Assembly (NCBI GenBank): GCA_021162845.1
Contig: JAGGXX010000007.1
Coordinates: forward strand, 11,361 to 75,360
Reading direction: 5' to 3'
Origin: Thermoprotei archaeon
GTDB taxonomy: Archaea; Thermoproteota; Thermoprotei; QMSL01; B3-G16
DNA length: 64,000 bases
Position 1 is the first letter of the stretch. Every line of letters starts with the position of its first letter. The position numbers were made by a program, and so were the translations under genes. The notes beneath the pieces were generated by a model. The model was not told the DNA's origin. It did not search any database and saw nothing but the letters and a program-made list of their open reading frames with translations. Of this stretch, positions 48,367-58,245 are shown in pieces.

Positions 48367-48766
48367 TGCCTCAGCTCTTACAAAGTACATCTTACATGAG
48401 GAAAATTGGGAAAGAATAGGTGCGTTCATCAGGGAAAGAAGGCCCCTATGCTCTGTAGACCACATCGTGAAAGAAGTCGGTAATGCAGTATGGAGGCATT
48501 ACTCGCTGAGAAGAGCCATAGATAAGGCTAAAGCGATAAAGCTCTATCAAGCACTCATGAAGCTCGTAAACACGGGAGTGATAACCTTAGAGCCCGAGGT
48601 AGACTACGTACAAACGGCGCTACGGATAGCGTTAGAACATGGAATAACGCTCTATGACTCACTATACGTAGCACAGGCGCAGAAGCATGGGGAGCTGCTT
48701 ACAAGTGATAGGAACCAAGCAAAAGTGGCTACTGGGCTAGGGATAAAAACATACCTTATATTATGA
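48353..48766 (+). CDS. vapC: PIN-domain ribonuclease VapC (paralog of 57523..57921)
   Basis: MIVIDASALTKYIL PIN N-terminus. Confidence 0.75.
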   Translation: MIVIDASALTKYILHEENWERIGAFIRERRPLCSVDHIVKEVGNAVWRHYSLRRAIDKAKAIKLYQALMKLVNTGVITLEPEVDYVQTALRIALEHGITLYDSLYVAQAQKHGELLTSDRNQAKVATGLGIKTYLIL

Positions 48767-50228
48767 TATAATACGATGCGCCTAGGATCTTAAGATAGGC
48801 GTGTATTTCATAGCTTCAGTTTCCATCCTCATAAGGGAATTTGGGGAACTGATGGAATTGAAGGTCGTGCTGAGTGAAGCCCTGTTAAGGGCGTTCAAGG
48901 AAAGAGCTAGTGGTTAAGTTAGTCATTAATGATTTTTATCGAACGCATAGATCTACTCCAAAGAGAGGGCTTTAGCATACAAGATCGATCGCGAAGGGAG
49001 ATGCTTTAAGGGCTTGCAAATATAACGGCTCATATGGTATATCATTGAATCGATGATTAAGAGAACCTCTAGCTGATCACTAGCTACTCAACGTATACGC
49101 TCATTAAGAATTTCCTTGCAGGATAAAGTTGAATTTAAATGCAACTCGTACCTACATAGGTTTAAGAGATATGAAGGACATTTTCTAATACCTGAGAGAC
49201 ATGTTATTCTTTTTGTATAAGTTTTCATAATTGAAGAATTCAGGAGAGATGACGAGGTTGTTTATGACTATCCTTTTGTGGTAAGGTTTCACGTTGAAGA
49301 ATTAATAGACATGTAATAATTAAATAAGTCATGAAATATTCTAATTACAGCTTTTGCCTCGTATCCTTATCTGAAAGATATGTCTTTAAAAAGAAAGATT
49401 TATATCATACATATCTCACCTGGTTTCGCGAAGGAAATAATGTAAAATGTGCAAAAATACGTTAAATTTGTCAACCGGTGGGGGATAAGTTGAGTAGGCG
49501 GCTATTCTGGGGAGTCGTCATAGCAATAACTCTGGTCGTATTTGCTGGCTCTCTATTCTGGGTCTACAGGTCGAAAATAGCGTCTGAAGTTGAAGGTGGA
49601 GAGGGAAGACGTGGATCAGCGATGTAACGCCGGCTTCCGGCCTTGGGATTGCTCCTCATGGGGTGAAGGGTGATGGTCTATGGAACCATAGGTTGCTTAT
49701 AGCAGTCTCCCGTAACGGTCTTAACTGGAGTAAAACCTACAAGGTTCTGGCCGGTCAAGCCTCTGTCCCAGACGTTATAGTCGACAAGGATGGTTACGTC
49801 AGGTATAGGGTAGAGAGCTATAAGCTTACCCCTCACTTACGTTTTTTATTTTAATAAGCTACAAGAGTCATTATATCATTTATTAGCAGTCTTGTTAAGA
49901 AGTCTAGTGGCAAAGGTGTAGTTGTTTGAGTAGTGACTCAGTTCTTACTGCAACTCTAGCTGTTAAGGCTTTAGATAAGGATAGGGTTAAAGCTGTTTAC
50001 TTATCCGGAAGTGCAAGTAATAAGGAGTCTCATGAACTATCTAAAGCTACTGTTGAGTTCTTAGGTTTAAACTTCATATATTTGGACATAACTAATACCT
50101 GAAGTAACTGGTGTACCTAAAGTGTTGTTGATTAGGTCTTAGGACTACATAGGAAATCTGAACATAAGAGAAATTCTCTTAAAGTGCCCTTTAGATCATT
50201 TAAGGAGTTGCTTTAACGTTAAAACAAT

Positions 50229-51455
50229 TTATTTAGTCTCACTTGTCTCACTACTTCTAAATACTAAGAATAGGTACGTTAGAGATAATGAGTAGATTGT
50301 TGCTGTAAGCCTTAAGGGTAGCTCTAAATCTATATCTAACATGTAGCCACCTAAGCCTCTACCAATAGCACTAGGCACACTACTAGATAGATCAACTATT
50401 GATGATGCTTTACCTCTATGCTCAGGTGGTACGACCGCCATCATGAATGCGGTAAAGAGTGGGTTTGCAACGTTCATTAATACTGACCTAGCTATGTATA
50501 ATGTGAACGCTAGCAAATAGTTATTAACGAGTGTTATAGCAACTAATAGAGGTATACTTGTAAAACTCACGAGAATATATGCCTTAATGGGACTACCAAC
50601 GAACTCACTAACTTCAGGCATAAACATCATGAGCAATGCCATAAGTAATGACTCAGTACCGTAGAGAGTACCTAACTCACCACTCTCAACACCATATTTA
50701 AGCATGAAGTAATAACTAATGTTATCTATGGAGATCGCGGCACCTAATCCCGTGATTGCTTCAAATACCATTATCTTGCTAATAACTCTCCACGTACTTT
50801 TAGGTATTCCCTTAAATGACCCTATAAACCCCTTCACACTCCTTGATGTTCTAGGGGTACCTGTGGTTTTGATCTTAATTAATGGAATAATAGTAAGTAA
50901 TGATAATATAGCTACAATAAGTAATGTATGCCTATAAACCTCAAGGTAGGATAAGCCACAAGTCCTAACAATTATCTCAGGTAACCAGCCAGCATAATTA
51001 CCTACAGTACTCCCCACCATATGTATAGCTTCAATATAAGGATAGACATAACAGTACTTTTCCTCCTTAGCAACTCTGCTAACCAATACTGTAAAACCTA
51101 TGGATGGTATGGAGCCAACAAATCCCCATAAAAATGCTGAAAGGTAAATCAGTATCTTTATGCCAGCAACCAACAATAAGATACTTCCTGAGGAAGCTAT
51201 CAATGACACTATCATTACATGAATTAGTCTAAACCGATCAATAATCCAGCCACTTATTGGTAACATTACAATATATGAAGCTAACAATAAAGAGCCGAAT
51301 AAGCCATACTCAAAAGGCGTAAACCCTGATGATCTAAGGTACGGTGCCTCAATAAGCCGTATTAAGGACCAAAAGAAGGCATCCATTACTGTATACGCTA
51401 TCAGCTCTAAAGGAACGTCTCTGAACCCTCTAATGACGCTATCTAATGGCTTCAT
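50229..51455 (-). CDS. MFS-type transporter (12-TM)
   Basis: Polytopic hydrophobic profile with the two-times-six TM organisation. Markedly AT-rich codon usage. Confidence 0.65.
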   Translation of the reverse strand: MKPLDSVIRGFRDVPLELIAYTVMDAFFWSLIRLIEAPYLRSSGFTPFEYGLFGSLLLASYIVMLPISGWIIDRFRLIHVMIVSLIASSGSILLLVAGIKILIYLSAFLWGFVGSIPSIGFTVLVSRVAKEEKYCYVYPYIEAIHMVGSTVGNYAGWLPEIIVRTCGLSYLEVYRHTLLIVAILSLLTIIPLIKIKTTGTPRTSRSVKGFIGSFKGIPKSTWRVISKIMVFEAITGLGAAISIDNISYYFMLKYGVESGELGTLYGTESLLMALLMMFMPEVSEFVGSPIKAYILVSFTSIPLLVAITLVNNYLLAFTLYIARSVLMNVANPLFTAFMMAVVPPEHRGKASSIVDLSSSVPSAIGRGLGGYMLDIDLELPLRLTATIYSLSLTYLFLVFRSSETSETK

Positions 51456-52374
51456 ACTTCTGGACCTTGCTTACGTATTTATGCTAAACTTGTCTATCTA
51501 GGTAAACTAGTCACTTAGCTGACCTATCTAGAGGAATGAGGTAGTAATTATAAAAGGTTAACTTTAAAGACACGTGAATGCTTGTAGGACTTAACTTGAT
51601 GTGATGAATTTTATTGCATAATAACTTTAACGCTAGCAAATCCCATCCATGGTAATTTTAATGATCTTATATCCTTTCGAAGTTTATTCTCTTTAAGTAT
51701 CCTCTCCTAATACCTTCGCTTTTAACGATGCTCTAATCGCTCCTCAATTTAACTAGAGTTCCATCTAAATCGAGTATCAGAGCTACGTCATTAAGTCCTA
51801 TTTTTTAACCTATTAACAACTTCTCTAACATAGGGGAGTTGGGGTCTTTAGGGAAGCCAAGAGGTTACTGAAGCCCCAGGGAGAGGCCTGGATATGCGAG
51901 TTATCCCGCGATGCATTCCCGAAGGAGGCCAGGGAGCTAACTAGGCAGATAGGGAACTCATAAGCTCCTGAAAATTATAGCCACACTACATGGAACGCCC
52001 AGGAAGGAGTTCCTCGCCGGAGCTATCCGCGAAGAACTGGAGAAGGCAGGGGTACGGTACAGGATAGAGCCCAGAGGCCTAGCTACGAAACTAGTCATAG
52101 AGAAGCCAGGTCCATAGAACCTGGAGTGTCACTATTTGGGGAAGTGTAAGATACCGCATAACATTAGTAGAGAGACGTTGATACCGTGCTGAAAACTAAA
52201 GATTATATCAAGATTATATCAAGACTTATTCTCTCTATCTAAGGTTACATAGAGCTACTATCAATAATTTCTCAACATTTACGCTTATCATTTTGTATTC
52301 AAAGGAAAGATCTAGGTTTCTGTCCTCGGTCATACAACAAGGTGAAAGACCATTTCCAGATCTGGTTAGGCCAC

Positions 52375-53025
52375 TCATCTCCTCATTCTATAATACACTA
52401 GGCAAATCTTCATAATAGTGTTGATGTATGTTATCGCTGCTAATAATACTAAACTGGGCAGTATTAGCCCCGTAATGCCGCCCAGAAGCACTATGAACAG
52501 ACGGACGTCTCTAGAGGCAGGAGGCCTAAGGTTCGGGGGTACAAATAGGTCTACGTTGATGCTACGTGCATTTGCCTCAGCAGCTAAATACGCTGGAAGC
52601 ACACTGCCCGTGACCGCTAAGAGCCCCACTAATAGCTTTATGAGTGAAAGACCATCTTCTGCTAAGTAAACTATCATTCCTGCACATATCGTTATGTCTG
52701 CAAGCCGATCAAGCATTGTATCTAAGAACCCCCCTCGCTTAGTCATCATTCCCCTCGCCCTAGCTAACTCGCCATCCACTCCGTCTATTATGGACGATAT
52801 CTGAGCTAGAATCCCTCCTAGGAAGGGCATCCCTAAGTAGAACGCGATCCCTGAAGCTATGGCCAGTAAGAACGAGATCACAGATACTTCATCAGGGGTA
52901 AGCGGGACATTCTTCGTTACTATGATCCTCGTAATCCTAGTCGATATCCGCCTATTTATATGCCTGGATACAGGCCCGTCCGTAGGCTTAATTAAACTCC
53001 TGAGGTCTAATTCGTTTTCCTGCAC
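52375..53025 (-). CDS. CDP-alcohol phosphatidyltransferase family protein (second paralog)
   Basis: IDGVDGELARARGMMTKRGGFLDTMLDRLAD. About 50% identical by eye to the 44843..45508 product. Confidence 0.75.
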   Translation of the reverse strand: MQENELDLRSLIKPTDGPVSRHINRRISTRITRIIVTKNVPLTPDEVSVISFLLAIASGIAFYLGMPFLGGILAQISSIIDGVDGELARARGMMTKRGGFLDTMLDRLADITICAGMIVYLAEDGLSLIKLLVGLLAVTGSVLPAYLAAEANARSINVDLFVPPNLRPPASRDVRLFIVLLGGITGLILPSLVLLAAITYINTIMKICLVYYRMRR

Positions 53026-53443
53026 GAAAATCCGCCCCTATGGGGTGAAGGAGGTTCCAACTGGTAGTATGCTTAAGGTGGAATGGATATTAAGCTTAGC
53101 CAAGCTTCCTCGGCGAGGGGATCACATTGAAGATGCCGTCATTACGAGATGTTCACAGGCCGAGAAGAGGGCCTTAAGAGTACTTAAGGATTCCCGCGAA
53201 TGGCAGTAGCCTCATATGGATGAGCGCTTATGGCGAGTCAAAGGCTGTGAGCATTACGATAAAGAAGTAAGCTACGTATTTAGGTAATTCGGGTAATGCA
53301 TGTAGCGATAAAGGTGACCGATAGTAACCTCATGCTCAGCCCCCTCTAATACGGATAGTTCACTCTTAGTTAAAGCCAAGTGCAATTACTATGAGGGAAG
53401 ATCATGGTAAAAATAAAAGAAAGAAGGAAGGAGTTAACTATCT

Positions 53444-54145
53444 TTACGCTAATTTCCCGGGCTTAGCTGCTCTTTCTAAAAATTTTCTAGCTTCTTCAGC
53501 TTCCTCTTTAGGTATTTCTTTATGACAGAACCACCAATCAAAGCACTCATATTGCTTGGGCCTCTCTCTAGCTTCTTGAATCGTTGAGGCTGGGGGTATT
53601 ATCGCATGTTCACCTACTATTTCGTTATTAGGCCAATTAGCTGGTAACGCTACACCGTATTTCTTATTAACCTGTAGGCCCTTAACAATTCTAAGTATCT
53701 CGTCCAGGTTCCTGCCTAGTTCCTGCGGATAATACAATATGGCCCTAATGATTCCATCAGGATCCACTATAAATACCGCCCTTACGGTATGCGTAGCTGA
53801 CTGTGCGTGAAGCATTCCAAGCTTCCTAGCTACGAATCCCTGAGGGTCTGCGATTATTGGAAAAGGAACTTCTACGCCTAATTTATCTTTAATCCATTCG
53901 ATCCATTTTATATGACTAAAAGTACTATCTACACTAAGGCCTATAAGCTCAGCATTTAGTTTCTTAAAATCCTCATACCTCATGCTAAACGCTACAAACT
54001 CAGTTGTACAAACTGGTGTGAAATCCGCTGGGTGGCTAAATAAAACGAACCACTTACCTTGGAAATAGTCAGGTAATTTTATCCTGCCATGTGTGGTTTC
54101 TACTTCAATCTCCGGAAACTTCTCACCTATGCTAGGTACTTCCAT
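53444..54145 (-). CDS. peroxiredoxin (archaeal Prx6/1-Cys-like)
   Basis: FTPVCTTE peroxidatic-Cys motif; N-terminal [14 protein letters not shown]. Confidence 0.85.
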   Translation of the reverse strand: MEVPSIGEKFPEIEVETTHGRIKLPDYFQGKWFVLFSHPADFTPVCTTEFVAFSMRYEDFKKLNAELIGLSVDSTFSHIKWIEWIKDKLGVEVPFPIIADPQGFVARKLGMLHAQSATHTVRAVFIVDPDGIIRAILYYPQELGRNLDEILRIVKGLQVNKKYGVALPANWPNNEIVGEHAIIPPASTIQEARERPKQYECFDWWFCHKEIPKEEAEEARKFLERAAKPGKLA

Positions 54146-54414
54146 AACTTCACCTTATCATTTCATGATAATTAAAGATGAATTTATAAATATTGAATAA
54201 AAAGGGTTTCAGAATAATAATCTAGACAAAAATAAGTCCCCTGGTGTCATTCTCGGCTCTTAGAATAAGGTGGACTATGGTCTACCAGCCACGTTTGTCA
54301 AGAGCACCTCAGCCGATGAGAGCTGTCTGGGGGACTAAGCATGAAGAGGCCTTTGGTCCTCTTAAATGCTTAATGGAGGAGATAACTATTAAGTGTTAGA
54401 GGAGGGGTTTAGTT

Positions 54415-55059
54415 ATGATGAATATGAGGAGAAGCCAAATAGGCATTTACGGGATAATCCTGATATCCTTCATCATCAGTACCTACTTTTACCCGCAAAT
54501 GCCGGATGAAATGGCATCACACTGGAATGCCCATGGGCAGGTAGATGGTTACTTACCGAAATTCTGGGGATTATTCCTGATACCCTTCACCCTTATCGGC
54601 TTAGCCTTGCTTTTAGTAGCTATTCCTAAGATTGATCCCCTGAAGGAAAATATCGAAAAATTCAGAAAATACTATGATGGCTTCATTTTCCTATTCTTCA
54701 TTTTCATGCTACTTGTTCACCTTCAAATGATTTTATGGAACATTGGGATCAAAATCAATCCTAACATACTATTTCCTATAGGGTTCGGACCTCTGCTCTT
54801 TTATATCGGTATTCTCTGCGAGAAGACTAAGAGAAATTGGTTTATAGGTATAAGAACTCCTTGGACATTAAGTAGTGAAAGGGTATGGGAGAAGACCCAT
54901 AAAGTCGGTGGAAAGCTATTTAAGATTGCTGGAGTGATCGCCCTTTTAGGGGTATTCTTTCAGGACTATGCGTTATTCTTAATCCTCATTCCCGCGATCT
55001 TAACTGCTATTTATACGATTATCTACTCCTACCTTGAATATCAAAAAGAGATAAGGTAA
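54415..55059 (+). CDS. SdpI/YhfL-like membrane protein (DUF1648 + SdpI)
   Basis: HWNAHGQVDGYLPKFWG...IRTPWTLSSERVWEKTHKVGG pattern of the SdpI-family immunity/signal proteins. About 6 TM helices. Confidence 0.55.
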   Translation: MMNMRRSQIGIYGIILISFIISTYFYPQMPDEMASHWNAHGQVDGYLPKFWGLFLIPFTLIGLALLLVAIPKIDPLKENIEKFRKYYDGFIFLFFIFMLLVHLQMILWNIGIKINPNILFPIGFGPLLFYIGILCEKTKRNWFIGIRTPWTLSSERVWEKTHKVGGKLFKIAGVIALLGVFFQDYALFLILIPAILTAIYTIIYSYLEYQKEIR

Positions 55060-55284
55060 TCGTATTTGGCCTTAAGAGAATATTTAGGGAAAGATCATAG
55101 TAATACCTAGGTTCTGTATTTCTTGCTTCATTTAGAGAACTTATCAGTAAGTTATGATCCTTAATTCCTAACATCTAAAGGGTTCTGTACTTCTTACCTC
55201 TCGATATCCTTAGGCCTTATTTGCTGGGCTATGTTCGCACTTAACTCAATAAGCTTCCTTACCAGAGACATCGATACCTATCGA

Positions 55285-55722
55285 TTAGCTCCCATATTCT
55301 GACCATTGTTCATATAGTTTACGTGTAAGCTCAAGTACTCTTCTGGCCATGCTCAAAGAACGTTCTGCATCCTCCTTCTTGAATAAGCGTTTAGCAGGAA
55401 TCTTTTTATATTCATCACCATAGAACGAGGGAGCTCTTTGCAATGCAAGGCTCGTACTAACCTCTATTATGAAGTTCAACTCTCGTCTAAACCACTCCGG
55501 CAACATACCCCTTATCCTTAGGATAGAGCTACTCACATCATGCGCTCTTGGATATTCAATGCCGAAAAGCCTCAGTATTGCCTTTAAACATAATTCGACG
55601 CACTCCTGAGCTCTTCTCACAGCCCTATGGTAAAGCTTGTTCTTCAATGCCATTTTACACTCCTCCAGTGAGTATTCTGCGTCCTCTAAATACGCCTCTC
55701 CCAGTTCTCTATTCGAACTCAT
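55285..55722 (-). CDS. HEPN-domain protein (third MNT-HEPN pair)
   Basis: LEDAEYSLEECKMALKNKLYHRAVRRAQECVELCLKAIL. Start taken at the internal Met so it overlaps the MNT gene by 14 nt. Confidence 0.7.
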   Translation of the reverse strand: MSSNRELGEAYLEDAEYSLEECKMALKNKLYHRAVRRAQECVELCLKAILRLFGIEYPRAHDVSSSILRIRGMLPEWFRRELNFIIEVSTSLALQRAPSFYGDEYKKIPAKRLFKKEDAERSLSMARRVLELTRKLYEQWSEYGS

Positions 55723-56236
55723 AGGATATCTCCTCACCAAAGCGTAGGTCGGGCTTGAGGAGCCAAATCCACTCTTTCTCATTTAGCCATATCCTCTGGG
55801 CACCCAGCCTTCTTAATAACTTGGATACTCTATTGAGTATTCTCTCGAAGAAACAACCCTTGTCGTATAATATCACCGCATCGTGGATCATATCCAAGTA
55901 TATCGGCCTAAATACCGAGGCCTCCTCGATGTTCAAGGGGTAGAACTCAATGAATACATTATAGCCCATCTCCAGTAACTTCTGTACGAGATCAGTCCTA
56001 TAAATTCCAGCTAAGATCCTCCCTAAGACTATACATCGCTCGCCATAACTCATGTCAGTATCCAGTACTAGTAGAAGATCTATATCGCTATGCCTATTGT
56101 CGTCTCCTCGAGCAACACTTCCGTAGAGGACACAGCTAACTAGAGAATTACCAAGTGCCTTTTTAGCCTTATCAAGGGCAAGAACCACATATTCGCGTCT
56201 ATAAGGATCCCTTATGTGCTCGAGGCCTCTCCGCAT
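55709..56236 (-). CDS. MNT nucleotidyltransferase
   Basis: CVLYGSVARGDDNRHSDIDLLLVLD. Confidence 0.7.
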   Translation of the reverse strand: MRRGLEHIRDPYRREYVVLALDKAKKALGNSLVSCVLYGSVARGDDNRHSDIDLLLVLDTDMSYGERCIVLGRILAGIYRTDLVQKLLEMGYNVFIEFYPLNIEEASVFRPIYLDMIHDAVILYDKGCFFERILNRVSKLLRRLGAQRIWLNEKEWIWLLKPDLRFGEEISYEFE

Positions 56237-56323
56237 ATCTTCTTCAAGAGTTTATCCAAGGAAAACATATTTAAAAACAGCTCAGTGAATTGAACCCGTT
56301 ATAGTTTTAGGTCATTACTTTAG

Positions 56324-56671
56324 CTAGCACGTGAGGTGCAGTGCGGCTACCGCTCGCTTTCCCTTCCCCATTAACTCATTAAATATCCTGCAAGCTTCCT
56401 TAGTTTTCGCTATGTAGACTTCTATCCCTCTTTCCCTTAACGTCCTTATAACGTCTTTTGGAACTCTCATGAAGCCGTAGTAACCAGTCCCTATCACTAG
56501 GGCTTCAGGGTTGTAATCGATGACTTCCTCTAGATCGCGAAGACATAGGCCATGCCCCTCTCTTCTCCACCAATTACTCCTTACCTTATCAGGGAATATG
56601 ATTACGTCCCTATCGTACTCCCTCCCATCAACAACTATCCTACCAAACTCGTAATGTCCTATCTTAGGCAT
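56324..56671 (-). CDS. Mth938-like (DUF498) domain protein
   Basis: ALVIGTGYYGFMRVPKDVIRTLRERGIEVYIAKTKEACRIFNEL matches the Mth938-like family pattern. Confidence 0.6.
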   Translation of the reverse strand: MPKIGHYEFGRIVVDGREYDRDVIIFPDKVRSNWWRREGHGLCLRDLEEVIDYNPEALVIGTGYYGFMRVPKDVIRTLRERGIEVYIAKTKEACRIFNELMGKGKRAVAALHLTC

Positions 56672-57031
56672 GCTCCCTATGTATTATTAATAATTTAGGG
56701 GATAAAGGTTTATTCTAAGGGAGGTGGAGATCAACTTTTCCAGCCTTTGATCCCAAGCTTTTAATTCGTCCTTCTTTAGCTCTTTAAGAAGAGCTCCTTC
56801 AGGGTCACATTAAATGCCAAAAAAGCCCGCTTTGCCAGTAAAGTGCCTTACCTCTCATCGCTTATACTTCAACTCCTCATTAGCTTACTCCATCTCGTGA
56901 TCTTTCTAGGCCCGGAGGGTTCTCATAATGCATTATCCTAGTGTAACCCTTCGCTCTCGCCAGCAATGTGAAGTTGCAATGAACAGTAGTTGCAAGATAA
57001 AATTATGGTTTACAAGTGCATGCACTTATAA

Positions 57032-57265
57032 ATGGTGACTTCGATGGGCGTGAAGACTATAACTATATCGATAGAGGCGTATAACGCACTAGTGAGAGAG
57101 AAGAGACCCGGTGAGAGCTTTTCGGATGTAATTCTCAGGCTCATTAGATCTCGTGGTGACCTAATGGAGTTGGCTGGCTCATGGTCCGATCTTGACGATG
57201 AAGAAGTGGGGGAATCCTTCGCATCCTCATCCGGATGCCAGAGATCATTGTTTCTACCTTCGTAG
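57032..57265 (+). CDS. orphan antitoxin-like small protein (RHH-like), C-terminus probably degraded
   Basis: KTITISIEAYNALVREKRPGESFSDVILRLI. The downstream +1 frame encodes a PIN-like start (MPEIIVSTFVV...), but only about 30 codons are open. Confidence 0.35.
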   Translation: MVTSMGVKTITISIEAYNALVREKRPGESFSDVILRLIRSRGDLMELAGSWSDLDDEEVGESFASSSGCQRSLFLPS

Positions 57266-57522
57266 TCCGCGATTCCTATTATCACGGCCCACTTATTAGG
57301 CTTTGATAGATCTGGAGCGAATGTCCTGTTCCGCCTTCCCCTCCCTCTACCAGCATCTCCAAGACTGGAAAGGATAGGGGACTACCTCGTAAAGGCATTA
57401 TAAGGGAAGAACTATGAGCTGGGCCTTTGAAATAAGGCTATGTGAGGATGATGCCTATGACCTTAGGCAGATCTTACCCCTATCGCTTAAGAAGTTATGG
57501 TGATCCCTGAATCGAGGGAGCT

Positions 57523-57921
57523 CTATGGTACTGTGCTGATGCCTAGCTTCCGTGCGATCGCTCTCTGACGCTGATCTAGTGTGAGTAGAGGTAAGTTCTC
57601 CTTAACAGCCAAGGCTATGTAAAGTGAATCATAGATCGTCAGTCCTGTGGATAGCGCTATTCGGTAGGAGTCATTAACATACATAATCTCGTCCTTGAGT
57701 TCCATGTTCTTGCTTAAATATTCCATGAATAGCCTTAGAGCTTCCTCAGCTTGCCTTCTATTTAACCTATTCCGTAAGTAAGTAGCCTTCCAAACCGCAT
57801 TGTAGAACTCCTTGACTACATGATCTACAGACACTGTCCTTACCATGTACCTAGCGAGGTCCTTCCACCCTTCTTCACGGAGGAAGAAGGCTATTACAGC
57901 TGAGGCATCAACCGCTATCAC
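57523..57921 (-). CDS. vapC: PIN-domain ribonuclease VapC
   Basis: MIAVDASAVIAFFL PIN N-terminus. Confidence 0.75.
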   Translation of the reverse strand: MIAVDASAVIAFFLREEGWKDLARYMVRTVSVDHVVKEFYNAVWKATYLRNRLNRRQAEEALRLFMEYLSKNMELKDEIMYVNDSYRIALSTGLTIYDSLYIALAVKENLPLLTLDQRQRAIARKLGISTVP

Positions 57922-58141
57922 GATCCTCCCTCACCGAGTTAGTGGAAAAACCCTCGGGTACGCTCCAGTCGGCCCGCTCCAAGCGCTCTAGTACCTCCCT
58001 AAAGTTCTCCTTAGCTTCAAGTTCCTTGAGCCTTTCTTCAACGAACCTCCTAAGCTCTTCAGCCCAATTGACTTTATCCCTATACTTATCCATGAGTTCC
58101 TTTATCTCTCTCTTAACCTTGAAACTCACGACCGTGGACAT
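57908..58141 (-). CDS. vapB: VapB-like antitoxin
   Basis: VSFKVKREIKELMDKYRDKVNWAEELRRFVEERLKELE...VREDRDSG. Overlaps the PIN gene by 14 nt. Confidence 0.6.
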   Translation of the reverse strand: MSTVVSFKVKREIKELMDKYRDKVNWAEELRRFVEERLKELEAKENFREVLERLERADWSVPEGFSTNSVREDRDSG

Positions 58142-58245
58142 AGGCCTACCAACTGGTATTACTAATAGGTAGACTTATATGGTTTACTCATGAGTTAGAG
58201 CAGGAGGTGATAAAGTAATTAGCCCTCTCTAGCTTAGTTAATCAT

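Noticed and set aside
48061-58141. Idea that the two VapBC pairs are nucleotide-level direct repeats flanking an excisable island.
   Set aside because: They are in opposite orientation and only protein-level paralogs (roughly 35-45% identity by eye). No shared long nucleotide stretch or att-like direct repeats were seen.
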